Assembly: GCA_965215195.1 (NCBI GenBank)
Contig: CBDCDC010000002.1
Location: 128,001 to 192,000, forward strand
Length of the DNA stretch: 64,000 nt
Direction of reading: 5' to 3'
Source of the DNA: Candidatus Latescibacterota bacterium
GTDB lineage: Bacteria > Latescibacterota > UBA2968 > UBA8231
Shown here: positions 1 through 11,022 of the stretch, in pieces
Layout: each line of letters opens with the position of its first letter
Numbering within the stretch: the stretch's first letter is position 1
The notes under the pieces: generated by a model
The model's input: only the letters and a program-made list of their open reading frames with translations
The model's database searches: none
Told to the model about the DNA's origin: nothing
Position numbers and translations under genes: made by a program

Positions 1-1
1 G

Positions 2-1444
2 TGGGTTGACACTGGCCTTCCGAGGACGACGGTTACACGTCAGCGCATAGTTATGGATCTTGTAGAAGCACAGATCGCAATCCAGCTCGAATGGCCCCGC
101 AGCGAGGCGATAAATCTCTTCCACGGTCTCAATCGCATGGCCCAGCAACCCACTTGGGAGTTCCATCCTGCGCGGCGGCTCGACGCCGTCAAGGGTAAGG
201 TGCTATTGGACAGAGCAACGCAGCCTGACAAGATCGTCCGGTCTGTCTCGCTGGACGCTGGCGATGTGGAAGTGCCGCTGCTGGACTTCGACTCTGCCCG
301 GCCCGCTCGCTTTCCCGACATCCCACCCCTCGCCTTGGAAGCGACCATCCAGTGGCGGCGAGTACCGGCTGCTTTGCCGCCGGGTGCCCGCCGCGCCGAG
401 ATAGTCCGCCGTTGGACAGCAGTGGATGAGTGGACGTCACGGACAGTGGAAAGCCTCCGCGACGAGCTTAACGCGCTTGAGAGTCAAGAAGGACTGTTGA
501 GCCGGCTTCGCCAATGGCTCCCGTCGCGGGATGGGAACTTGGCCTCGGAACGCGAACAACTCCGCGACGAGCTTGACGAAATCGGCGAGTCGCCTCCAAG
601 TCAGATAGCGGATCAGGCTAAGGATCGCATGAGACGCCTCGCTGAGATCGCCAGCCGTTTGGATGGATTGCGGCGTACCACCCACGACCAGCGGCAGGCC
701 GCCGAGGATGCCAAAGAGGAAGAAAGTCAAAGAGATAGCTGGGAGAAGCGCATCGAAGATGCCAAAGCCAAGCTGGAAGAAGTTCGACAGAAGCTAGCGG
801 AGAACGAGGAAGCCCAAGGCAAGGCGGAAGAAAGACGGCAAGAAGCACAGACTGCCCTTGATAACGTTGTGGCTTCCAAACGCCAAGATCGGGAGGTATT
901 CTTGGAGAAGGAGCGGGTCGATCTCGAAGCAAAGTTGGAGGAAGTACGCACACACCAGAAGTCCCTCAAAGACGGCAAGGGCCGGTCATCCAAGTCGGAA
1001 CGGAGGGAGGCGAACCGCCACGTGAGCGACGCGAAACAGGCAGCCGCCCGCAACAAGCAGGACCGCGAGAGCATGGCGGATTGGTCTCCGCCCGCATCAG
1101 AGCTTGGCGAGGCGTCCGTGCTTCTCAATAAGGCGGAAAAGGAGATCTCCACCCTTCGGTCTCAAGCAGACAGTCTTTCCAAGGAGAGCAAGAAACACAA
1201 TCGCGCCGCGTCGGAAGAATTTCGTTTCGAGAAACTGCCTCGGCTTTCAGGGCCGTCGATGAGCGAGGTGGATTCGCACCCGCCTATTCCGTCAGAGGCA
1301 CCGCCTGAGATAGGGGAGCTCTACGAACATCGCGGAGAGCGCTTTCTCTCCATCCGCACATGGGAACAGCTTAGGCCGGCGGAGCCTGTTGCGAAACGAC
1401 TTCATGCCAAACTCGTGGCTGTCGCGAACCCTTCAAATACGTAG
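2..1444 (+). CDS. 5'-truncated coiled-coil-rich hypothetical protein directly upstream of the TerY-P triad
   Basis: Frame is open from base 2, so the ORF-track ATG at 53 is probably internal. Long E/K/R/Q heptad-rich region. Co-oriented, stop 34 bp before terY. Confidence 0.7.
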   Translation, partial: WVDTGLPRTTVTRQRIVMDLVEAQIAIQLEWPRSEAINLFHGLNRMAQQPTWEFHPARRLDAVKGKVLLDRATQPDKIVRSVSLDAGDVEVPLLDFDSARPARFPDIPPLALEATIQWRRVPAALPPGARRAEIVRRWTAVDEWTSRTVESLRDELNALESQEGLLSRLRQWLPSRDGNLASEREQLRDELDEIGESPPSQIADQAKDRMRRLAEIASRLDGLRRTTHDQRQAAEDAKEEESQRDSWEKRIEDAKAKLEEVRQKLAENEEAQGKAEERRQEAQTALDNVVASKRQDREVFLEKERVDLEAKLEEVRTHQKSLKDGKGRSSKSERREANRHVSDAKQAAARNKQDRESMADWSPPASELGEASVLLNKAEKEISTLRSQADSLSKESKKHNRAASEEFRFEKLPRLSGPSMSEVDSHPPIPSEAPPEIGELYEHRGERFLSIRTWEQLRPAEPVAKRLHAKLVAVANPSNT

Positions 1445-1471
1445 CAGATCAAAACAACTTCAACACGGAGG

Positions 1472-1505
1472 AGAATCAATGGAACACGAAGAATCAATGG
1501 AACAC
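1472..1505 (+). repeat. 18-bp-period tandem duplication spanning the terY start codon (MEHEES-MEHK)
   Basis: AGAATCAATGGAACAC at 1472-1487 and 1490-1505. Confidence 0.85.
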
Positions 1506-2195
1506 AAACTCCCAGGCGGGCCGATCGCGAACAGGCCCCTCCATTTCATCTTTCTCGCAGACTGCTCGTCCTCAATGTCGGGCGACAAGATTCAAGCACT
1601 CAACCACGCGATCAGAGAAGCCATCCCACACATGCGGGATGTCGCGCACGGCAACCCGAACGCCGAGGTTCTGGTGCGGGCGATCAAGTTCTCGGCCGGT
1701 GCCCAATGGCACGTTTCGCAGCCGACGAATGTCGATGAGTTCGAGTGGACCGACCTCTCGGCCTATGGCATGACCGAAATGGGACGGGCCCTGTCTCTGG
1801 TCACTGACGCGCTCAAGACCCCGCCCATGCCGGAGCGTGCGCTACCTCCTGTGTTGGTGCTCATCAGTGATGGACAGCCCACGGACGACTTCGAGGGAGG
1901 GCGGCAAGCCCTGATGGACGAACCTTGGGGCAAGAAGGCTGTGCGCCTCGCGATCGCCATTGGCTCGGACGCGGATATCGATGTCCTTCAACGCTTCATC
2001 GGACACCCAGAGATCCAACCGCTGCAAGCCAACAACGCTCAAGATCTGGTCAATTATATCCGCTGGGCGTCCACCGCAGTTCTTCAGGCTGCCTCCGCGC
2101 CAGCGAGCCAGACATCGAATGCTCCGGCCGGGGTCAACGTACCACTGCCTCCGTCCCCAAAGCCCGATCCCGCAGACGCCAGTGACGTCTGGTAG
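1479..2195 (+). CDS. terY: TerY-like vWA domain protein (YegL type)
   Basis: MIDAS motif DCSSSM, RPLHFIFLAD, LISDGQPTD; GGAGGAG RBS before ATG 1479. Confidence 0.9.
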   Translation: MEHEESMEHKLPGGPIANRPLHFIFLADCSSSMSGDKIQALNHAIREAIPHMRDVAHGNPNAEVLVRAIKFSAGAQWHVSQPTNVDEFEWTDLSAYGMTEMGRALSLVTDALKTPPMPERALPPVLVLISDGQPTDDFEGGRQALMDEPWGKKAVRLAIAIGSDADIDVLQRFIGHPEIQPLQANNAQDLVNYIRWASTAVLQAASAPASQTSNAPAGVNVPLPPSPKPDPADASDVW

Positions 2196-3111
2196 CCGCG
2201 AAATCAGCCGAGGCCCTACATTCGCCATTGAGCGCGTCATCGGTGCGAACCACCTGCGGGACGGCAAGCCCTGCCAAGATGAAGTAGGGGTCTTTGCAGT
2301 CGCCGATACCGTGGCCGTGGCTGTCGCTGACGGCCATGGTACGAGCAAACACGCCGATGTCGGTGCCTGGCTCGCAGTCCATGTGGCTCTTACCGCGCTC
2401 GTGCAGTTCGCCGGGAATCTAGGTGAACGTGCTTCAAATCTGGTGGAGGTCCAGAAGTACGCCGAACATCCTCTCCGCGTTCAGATCGTCCGGGAATGGA
2501 CGGCGCAGGTTCGCGCCAAGGCTGGAGACGACGAAACGCCGCTCTTGGATTATGGCTCGACAATTTTGGCCGCCCTAGCAACGCCGGACTTCCTGCTCAT
2601 CGGACAACTCGGTGACGGCGACATCCTACTCGTCGCCGAGGATGGAACAGTCGAGGTCCCACTACCCGCCGACCTTGCGGCGTTTGCCGACGAAACTCCC
2701 AGCCTGTGTCTGCCGGAGGCATGGCACTCACTCCGTGTGCGAGTCCTGCCGACACCGAGGCAAGAGACGCTTCTCCTGCTTTCGACCGATGGGTACAGCA
2801 AATCGTACCCCACAGACGCCGACTTCAGGCAGATTGGCCCCGATTATCTCGACCTCATACGCAAGGATGGGGTCTCCGGCTTAACCCCTCACTTGAGGGG
2901 CTTCCTCGAAAAAGTCACCACCCAGGGGAGTGGTGATGACATTGCCCTCGCGCTTCTCCACTGGCCGCCACCGGATTCTCCCGTCGTCTTGTCGGATGGC
3001 GATTCGCCCATTGGGGACGCCGAGATTCAGTCAGATCTAACTGGGAAGGAAGAGGATGCGAGCTCGCTTCCGGGAGAGACGGGGCCTCTGAGTGCCAAGC
3101 GAGCGAAATAA
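2182..3111 (+). CDS. PP2C-family Ser/Thr phosphatase (YegK type, TerY-P triad)
   Basis: Motifs H..DGKPCQD, VADGHG, GQLGDG, LSTDG, SGDD. GTG 2182 overlaps the terY end; start inferred. Confidence 0.88.
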   Translation: MTSGSREISRGPTFAIERVIGANHLRDGKPCQDEVGVFAVADTVAVAVADGHGTSKHADVGAWLAVHVALTALVQFAGNLGERASNLVEVQKYAEHPLRVQIVREWTAQVRAKAGDDETPLLDYGSTILAALATPDFLLIGQLGDGDILLVAEDGTVEVPLPADLAAFADETPSLCLPEAWHSLRVRVLPTPRQETLLLLSTDGYSKSYPTDADFRQIGPDYLDLIRKDGVSGLTPHLRGFLEKVTTQGSGDDIALALLHWPPPDSPVVLSDGDSPIGDAEIQSDLTGKEEDASSLPGETGPLSAKRAK

Positions 3112-3126
3112 GAACGAAAACTCGAA

Positions 3127-4428
3127 ATGATGGAGAAATCACCAATGCAAAAGCCAGAATTACTGAAAACCGCTGACGGAACGCGCATCACCGCCGACAG
3201 CCTGCTTGGTCAGGGAAGCCAAGGCGAGGTCTGGAAAGCCACTGACGGCGGGAAGCCTGTTGCGGTGAAGGTCTATCACCGAAATACGGCTACCCCGGAA
3301 CAGAAGGCGGTACTTGAGCGGTTGGTCGAAAAAGGTCCGCCTGCACCGCACTTCCTGTGGCCGCTGGCGATGGTGGAGGATACCCGGTCAAAAACGTATG
3401 GTTACATCATGGATCTCCGAGAGCCTAACTTCCGGGCACTCGAAGATTTCATGGCACGGCGGATCCGCCCATCAATGTGTGCATTGCTCACGGCTGGCAG
3501 GAAACTCGCAAATGGCTTCCTCCGCCTCCATAGCCATGGTCTTTGCTATCGGGACATTTCCTTCGCCAATGTATTTTTCGATCCGCAGACCGGGGACATC
3601 CGCATCTGCGACAACGACAACGTCGACATAACGGGTACCGAAACGGGCGGTGTGCTGGGTACCCCGCGTTTTATGGCCCCCGAGGTGGTACGCAGAGAGA
3701 AGCCACCATCTGCTGATACTGATCGCTATTCGCTGGCGGTACTACTGTTTTTTCTTTTGTACGGTGGGCACCCCCTCGACGGTCAACGAGAGGCAAATAT
3801 CCGCTGTCTTGATGTTCCTGCCTACGAGCGACTCTACGGCTTCGCCCCGCTTTACATCTGGGATCCGGACGACGATTCCAACCGTCCCGTCCCCGGCATT
3901 CACGTCAACCCCATCGCTTTTCACGGCATGTACCCGGAGGCACTGACCGCCTTGTTCCAGCGGTCATTCACGGACGGGTTGCACTACCCGTCCAAGCGCG
4001 TACGCGAGTCGGAGTGGCGGAATGCCTTTGCCAGTACCATTAACAGCATCTGGCTTTGCGTGTGCAGTGCCGAAAATTTCTATGAGCCGACGGCAACGTC
4101 CGGTGGCAAGCACTGCTGGGCCTGCAAGAAGTCGCTGGTTCTCCCACCGCGCATCAAAATTGGCGACGACATTGTTTTGCTCAACCGCACTACCCAACTG
4201 TTCGGCTACCATGTCGGCTCGACTCGAGACGACGACACCCCGATCGCGGAAGTAGTTCAGAACCCCCAAGTTCCGCATCTCTTCGGCCTGCGAAACCTGA
4301 CAGCAGAGAAGTGGACACTGACCAAGCCGGACGGGGCAGTGGTTGATGTTCCCTCCGGCCGTGCAGCGTCGATTCTGAATGGCAACCGTATCAACTTCGG
4401 GCTGCAAACAGGGGAGGTAAGGGTATGA
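3127..4428 (+). CDS. Ser/Thr protein kinase (YegI type) with C-terminal Zn-ribbon and FHA-like domain
   Basis: GQGSQGEV, VAVK, YRDISFAN, ICDNDN, GTPRFMAPE; CxC..CxxC; beta-rich C-terminus. Confidence 0.88.
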   Translation: MMEKSPMQKPELLKTADGTRITADSLLGQGSQGEVWKATDGGKPVAVKVYHRNTATPEQKAVLERLVEKGPPAPHFLWPLAMVEDTRSKTYGYIMDLREPNFRALEDFMARRIRPSMCALLTAGRKLANGFLRLHSHGLCYRDISFANVFFDPQTGDIRICDNDNVDITGTETGGVLGTPRFMAPEVVRREKPPSADTDRYSLAVLLFFLLYGGHPLDGQREANIRCLDVPAYERLYGFAPLYIWDPDDDSNRPVPGIHVNPIAFHGMYPEALTALFQRSFTDGLHYPSKRVRESEWRNAFASTINSIWLCVCSAENFYEPTATSGGKHCWACKKSLVLPPRIKIGDDIVLLNRTTQLFGYHVGSTRDDDTPIAEVVQNPQVPHLFGLRNLTAEKWTLTKPDGAVVDVPSGRAASILNGNRINFGLQTGEVRV

Positions 4429-4553
4429 TTCCGGTGGACGTCAGCGTCACCTAAGTGGCTATAGGCGAGTGTCAGTCGCTCCTTGTGCCTTGTTGCACGG
4501 AGTCGTAACTTAGCAAAAAAAAGAGACTTAGCTCGACAAAGGACGCTTCCGCC

Positions 4554-5978
4554 ATGACGCCCCCCAACATCCTCTGGATTTGCACGGATCAGCAGCGCTA
4601 CGACACCATCGGCGCACTCGGTTATTCCCACGTTGATACGCCGCACGTCGATCGACTGGTGGCCGAGGGAGTGGCCTTTACCCACGCCTATTGTCAAAGC
4701 CCGATCTGCACGCCGAGCCGGGCGAGCTTTCTCACCGGCCAGTACGCCAGTGCCGTCCACATCAACGGCAATGGCCTCGATAGTTTTCCCGACCACCCGC
4801 CGCTTGTCACGCGGATATTGGCCGAGGCCGGGTACGACTGCGGCCTGATTGGCAAGCTGCACTTGGCCAGCGCCTATGGCCGCATTGAGCCGCGCGTCAA
4901 TGACGGGTATCGCTACTGGGAATACAGCCACGCGCCCCGCGACGACTGGCCGCAGGGGCACGGCTATGCCGACTGGGTGCGGGAAAGGGGGGAAGTCTTA
5001 GGCGAGCTGATGAAGCAATACCCCCACGGCCTGCCCGCCGAGTTCCACCAGACGACGTGGTGCGCCGAGAAAACCATTGAGTTCATGGGCCAAAAGCGCG
5101 ACGGCCCTTGGCTGGCCAGCGTCAATATCTACGACCCGCATCCACCGTTCAATCCGCCGCAGAGCTACCGCGACCGCTTTGACCCAGCGGCCATGCCCGG
5201 GCCGCTGTTTGCCGACAGCGATTTGGCGCAGCAGGAAAAGCTAGCGGCGATTGATTTCCAGTCCAAGGGACGGCGGCCCGACCAGCTCGACATTCGCGAC
5301 CCCTTGCACCAAGACCGCCCCACGCCCGGGGCCGACGCCCGCGTGTTGCAGGCCGCGTACTGCGCGATGATCAAGCAGATCGACGACCAAGTGGGCAGGA
5401 TGCTGGCCGCGCTCGAAGACATGGGTCAGCGCGACCATACCGTGGTGATTTTTACGTCCGACCACGGCGAAATGCTCGGCGATCACGGGCTGATCCAGAA
5501 GGGATGCCGCTTTTACGAGGGCTTGGTGCGGGTGCCGCTGATCTTTTCTTGGCCGGGGCACTTTGAGCAGGGCTTGGTGCGCGGCGATCTGGTTGAGTTG
5601 ACCGACAAAGCACCGACGCTTTTGGAACTGGCCGGGCTGGAGGTGCCGGAGCGGATGACTGGCCGCTCGCTCTTGCCGATTTTGCACGGCGAAAGCGCGG
5701 CACCGCACCGCGACTTCGTCCGCTGCGAGTACTACGACGCGCTAGCCGCGCCCGATGGAACCTTTGCCACCATGTACCGCGACGAGCGCTACAAGTTAGT
5801 GCTCTACCACGGGCACGACTTGGGCGAGCTGTACGACTTGGAAGAGGATCCGGGTGAGTTTGAAAACATGTGGGACGAGCCGCAAGCGCAGCCGCTCAAA
5901 TTGGAGCTGATGCAAAAGAGCTTCGACGCTTCGATGCTGGCCATGGACCGGGGCCCCCGGCGCGTGGGGCCGATGTGA
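4554..5978 (+). CDS. Formylglycine-dependent sulfatase (Cys type)
   Basis: PNILWICTDQQR, CTPSRAS, GKLHL, SDHGE. Confidence 0.93.
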   Translation: MTPPNILWICTDQQRYDTIGALGYSHVDTPHVDRLVAEGVAFTHAYCQSPICTPSRASFLTGQYASAVHINGNGLDSFPDHPPLVTRILAEAGYDCGLIGKLHLASAYGRIEPRVNDGYRYWEYSHAPRDDWPQGHGYADWVRERGEVLGELMKQYPHGLPAEFHQTTWCAEKTIEFMGQKRDGPWLASVNIYDPHPPFNPPQSYRDRFDPAAMPGPLFADSDLAQQEKLAAIDFQSKGRRPDQLDIRDPLHQDRPTPGADARVLQAAYCAMIKQIDDQVGRMLAALEDMGQRDHTVVIFTSDHGEMLGDHGLIQKGCRFYEGLVRVPLIFSWPGHFEQGLVRGDLVELTDKAPTLLELAGLEVPERMTGRSLLPILHGESAAPHRDFVRCEYYDALAAPDGTFATMYRDERYKLVLYHGHDLGELYDLEEDPGEFENMWDEPQAQPLKLELMQKSFDASMLAMDRGPRRVGPM

Positions 5979-6796
5979 TGCAGCGGCAGCAGCGGGTCGC
6001 GCAGCGGCCGATCTGGCGCTTCCGCGAGGCCGACAAAGCGGCCGCAGACGACTGCGTAACGGTTGAGGAGCCGCTGGAGATCCGCGTGGCGGAGACGCCG
6101 ATAGCAGTGATCATGCGCACCCCGCGCCACGACTTTGAGCTAGCGGCCGGCTTCTTGTGTACCGAGGGCCTGATCCAATCGCCGCAGGAGCTGGGCGCGA
6201 TCTCGTACTGCACGGCTGCGGAGCCGCCCAACGAGGAGAATATCGTCGAGGTCAAGCTAGCCGCTGGCGTGGCCTTTGATCGGCAGCGGCTCCAGCGCAA
6301 CTTCTACGCCTCGTCGAGTTGCGGGGTTTGCGGCAAGGCCAGCATTGAGGCCATCGCCTGCGAGGCCCCGGCGCTGACGGGGGATTTTACCGTGCCGCTA
6401 GCCATGCTCTACGGCCTCGGCGACCGCATGCGCCAGGCCCAGGATGTATTCGAGCAAACCGGCTCCCTGCACGCGGCGGCCCTGTTTGATCAGTCGGGCG
6501 GCTTGCTCGTCCTGCGCGAGGACGTGGGCCGGCACAACGCGGTCGATAAGCTCATCGGCCACTACGCGCTGCGCAACGAGCCGGTGCCAGCCAAAAGCGT
6601 GCTGATGGTCAGCGGGCGCACCAGTTTTGAGATTGTGCAGAAGGCGCGGATGGCGGGGATTGCAATGGTCGCTGCCGTATCGGCACCGTCGAGCTTGGCG
6701 GTGGATCTGGCGCGGGAATCGGGCATGACGCTGTTGGGGTTTTTGCGCGGGCGGGGATTCAATGTGTATGCGGGGGAAGGGCGAATTGCCGTTTAG
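5978..6796 (+). CDS. fdhD: Formate dehydrogenase accessory sulfurtransferase FdhD
   Basis: EEPLEI, MRTP, SSCGVCGK, REDVGRHNAVDK, AVSAPSSLA; TGATG overlap with the sulfatase stop. Confidence 0.95.
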   Translation: MQRQQRVAQRPIWRFREADKAAADDCVTVEEPLEIRVAETPIAVIMRTPRHDFELAAGFLCTEGLIQSPQELGAISYCTAAEPPNEENIVEVKLAAGVAFDRQRLQRNFYASSSCGVCGKASIEAIACEAPALTGDFTVPLAMLYGLGDRMRQAQDVFEQTGSLHAAALFDQSGGLLVLREDVGRHNAVDKLIGHYALRNEPVPAKSVLMVSGRTSFEIVQKARMAGIAMVAAVSAPSSLAVDLARESGMTLLGFLRGRGFNVYAGEGRIAV

Positions 6797-6867
6797 GAAC
6801 GGGGGGTTTCTCCTCATCCTTCCCGTGCGAGATCGGCGCCCCAACGAGGCTATAACGCTGTCATGCC

Positions 6868-7023
6868 ATAAGAAATGTCCCGGAAGAAGTGCGCGCCGCG
6901 TTGGCCGTCCGCGCCGCCCGGCAACGCCAATCTATGCAGGCATTCCTGCGCGGCGAGTTGGAGCGAATCGCGTCGCGTCCCTCGGTCAGCGAGAATCGGG
7001 GCGCATCGGGCATCGCCGTTTAA
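6868..7023 (+). pseudogene. FitA-like ribbon-helix-helix antitoxin remnant (start lost, no toxin)
   Basis: Not in the ORF track. Reads IRNVPEEVRAALAVRAARQRQSMQAFLRGELERIASRPS; in-frame TAA at 6853 and no start codon. Confidence 0.7.
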
Positions 7024-7047
7024 TTTTTCCATGTAAAGGAGAGGACA

Positions 7048-7923
7048 ATGGCCGAGAAAAAGCAGGCTAAAAGACCGCAACTCAAACTCTGCGCCGCGGC
7101 GTGGACCCTGACCAATTACCCGTCCGAGGCCAAGCAGTGGTCGATGGAGCGCAAAGTCGGTGCGGCCAAGGACGCTGGCTTTGTCGGCTTTAGCGCCGGG
7201 GCCGATCCCGAGATCGCCGCGGCGTGCGCCAAACACGGGCTACAGCTCATCGGCGGGGTTGATGTGGCCACAGTAGCGGAAGCCGGTCCGAAATTGGCGG
7301 CTTTTAAGGAAGCTGGGGCCGAGCACGTCAACGTCCAGCTCTGCGACCACGACACCGAGATCCGCAAGGCAGTGACCGTGGCGCGGGCGGTGATGAAGGC
7401 GGGAAAAGAGCTCGAGCTCAAACCGGCGATTGAATGGCACCGCGACACCTGCACCGAGACGCCGGAGAAGGGGCTGGCGCTGGCGGCCCAGTACGAGAAG
7501 CGCTACAAGGAAAAGCTGCGCACCAATTTCGACCACTCGCACCCGGCGATCATCAAACAGCTCCGGCCCGCCAACTTCTGGGAGCGCATGGCCGAATACC
7601 GCCCGGACCTGCTCAAAATGAGCGAGTTGATTCACTTCCGCACCTTTACCGGCAGCCATTGCCAGACGCCGGTCACCAATGGCCGCGGGGAGTTGGACGC
7701 GGATTTTATCACTTGGCGCGACAACTTCCTCAAGCCCCTGCTCTACCACTGGGTCAAAGGACAGCGCGGCACTACTGAGCTATGGGCGGTCGTCGAGCTG
7801 GGGCCGAAGGGTTCGGGCTATGCGCTCGACTGTTTTCCCGACGTGTGGAAGGACGCAATCGCCGCACGCGGCGAGATTGAGAAGGCGTTCAAAGGGGCAC
7901 TGAGGAAAGCGAAGAGAGAGTGA
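7048..7923 (+). CDS. Xylose-isomerase-like TIM-barrel protein (sugar phosphate isomerase/epimerase)
   Basis: EWHRDT, NFDHSH, ELGP..SGY motifs; GGAGAGG RBS. Confidence 0.75.
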   Translation: MAEKKQAKRPQLKLCAAAWTLTNYPSEAKQWSMERKVGAAKDAGFVGFSAGADPEIAAACAKHGLQLIGGVDVATVAEAGPKLAAFKEAGAEHVNVQLCDHDTEIRKAVTVARAVMKAGKELELKPAIEWHRDTCTETPEKGLALAAQYEKRYKEKLRTNFDHSHPAIIKQLRPANFWERMAEYRPDLLKMSELIHFRTFTGSHCQTPVTNGRGELDADFITWRDNFLKPLLYHWVKGQRGTTELWAVVELGPKGSGYALDCFPDVWKDAIAARGEIEKAFKGALRKAKRE

Positions 7924-7999
7924 TAGCTGAGCACATGGTCGGAGGGGCAGTTGAGGCAGCGCAGACGCCGGCCCTGCATGCCGCGATGTGCTGTTTTGT

Positions 8000-8242
8000 G
8001 GCGGATTGGTTGGCAAGCCAAGCCGCTACACCGGGATCGGGTTTGGGGCGCATCAATTCCGAGACAACGTTGGTATCGAGCAGGATCATCCCCGCACCTT
8101 AACCCAACTGGGGTGGCTCGCGCATCGGCTCGCGTGGCGGTATGTCCAGTTCTACGCCGCCCAAGGGCGCAAATCGAGCGCGTATGGCGCGTACCAGATT
8201 GGCAGGGGGCGCAGGCTCGGTGAGTGCCGTGCGCAACTTTGT
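8000..8242 (-). pseudogene. FitAB/VapBC remnant: antitoxin C-terminal half (8242-8099) plus VapC PIN toxin N-terminus (8089 to about 8000)
   Basis: LRTALTEPAPPANLVRAIRARFAPLGGVELDIPPREPMREPP* followed by MILLDTNVVSELMRPKPDPGVAAWL, after which similarity is lost. Confidence 0.85.
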
Positions 8243-9088
8243 TTAGACGATTCCCCACGTCACTCGTCCCAACTCGCGCGAGCGCTCCCGCTCGTATGCT
8301 GGATCAATGGCGAATTCGCGATCCAGCCACAACACCTCCCGCTGCTCGGGGCTCAGGGCATTGAGCAGCTCAGGCGTCAAGTAGTCCCCCCAGGTAAAGC
8401 GGTGGTTGTCGATCGCGTGCGGATGGAACAGCCAGTGGCTCAGATACCGGCAGGCACTGGTGCGGTTGAGCCACGTGGAGTGAAACAGCTTGGCATGGCG
8501 CACGATTAGCTGGTGGGGTTCGACCTCTAGGGAAATCTCGTCGTCGAGTGCGACGTCTTCCCAGCCGTCATCAGCCTGCGAACCGGGAATTCCCCGTTCA
8601 TCCCGCAGCCGGGCGGCCGTCTCCTCGAGAGCGTTGGGTAGCCGAGTGTGACTGCCTGGAACGATGCGCAGACACCCGTTTGTGCGCGAAGCCCCAGAGA
8701 AGTAGTGCATGAACTCCGTCCACCCCGGCCCCCCGTCGACGTGCCACCCCACCGATCGGTTCGGGGCCTGCTCGTTGATGCCGCCATTGCGCAGATAGAT
8801 ATCCCTGTCCCCGTTCAGTTGGCGGGCCAACTCGATGATTTCGGGGTGCAGGATGATCTGCATGAACGGCAGGGCGTGATCGAGGGAACACCAGTACGAG
8901 TCTTCTAGCTGTGGTCGCAGCCGAAAGTGATTCCTCTTGCTGCCGTCCGCCGGCCCCTCCGTTGGATCTTGGGCCGCCTTTGCGACCGCGGCCATGCACG
9001 CCTCGGTGAGACTCGCGGGGAACGGACAGTCGATGATGACGTAGCCGTAAGAGTAATACTGGTCTAATTGTGCTTCGCTGAATTTCAT
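8243..9088 (-). CDS. PhyH-family Fe(II)/2-oxoglutarate dioxygenase
   Basis: QLDQYYSYGYVII, WHVD, GCLRIVPGSH, distal LFHST. Confidence 0.85.
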   Translation of the reverse strand: MKFSEAQLDQYYSYGYVIIDCPFPASLTEACMAAVAKAAQDPTEGPADGSKRNHFRLRPQLEDSYWCSLDHALPFMQIILHPEIIELARQLNGDRDIYLRNGGINEQAPNRSVGWHVDGGPGWTEFMHYFSGASRTNGCLRIVPGSHTRLPNALEETAARLRDERGIPGSQADDGWEDVALDDEISLEVEPHQLIVRHAKLFHSTWLNRTSACRYLSHWLFHPHAIDNHRFTWGDYLTPELLNALSPEQREVLWLDREFAIDPAYERERSRELGRVTWGIV

Positions 9089-9207
9089 GCTGTTTTCCTC
9101 GCGCAGGGTGGCTTCACTGCAACCTCGCGGGCCGCGCCGATGGCAGTGGCGCGGCCGAGGCCGGTCGCCGCGCCAGTGACGATCGCTACCTTGTTTGCGA
9201 GTTTCAT
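9085..9207 (-). pseudogene. Short-chain dehydrogenase N-terminal remnant
   Basis: MKLANKVAIVTGAATGLGRATA (TGxxxGxG), then stop after 40 aa. Confidence 0.8.
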
Positions 9208-9211
9208 GCGC

Positions 9212-10837
<1,626 letters not shown>

Positions 10838-10981
10838 TGAGATCCTCAGTTAGTGGTCAATAGGGAGGTGCTCAACCTATGCTTGCAATGGCTGTTGGCA
10901 GCGGCGAGGGTATCGCGGGTAAAGAATCCGCTGGATGCGCTTAGACATGGAATATATTGCAAAAGCGCACTTGGGGGAAAA

Positions 10982-11018
10982 GGTCGTTGTCCGAAGCGTC
11001 CGGGTCGTCGCGGATGCG
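10982..11018 (-). repeat. Degenerate 37-bp copy of an internal fumA segment (10594-10630)
   Basis: GGTCGTTGTCCGAAGCGTCCGGGTCGTCGCGGATGCG vs GGTCGTTGTCCGAGGCTTCCGGGTCGTCGAGGATGCG, 34/37 identical. Confidence 0.85.
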
Positions 11019-11022
11019 ATTC

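Noticed and set aside
1389-2181. Extended starts for the vWA (1389) and PP2C (1960) ORFs
   Set aside because: They overlap neighbouring genes heavily; RBS position and motif onset favour 1479 and about 2182.
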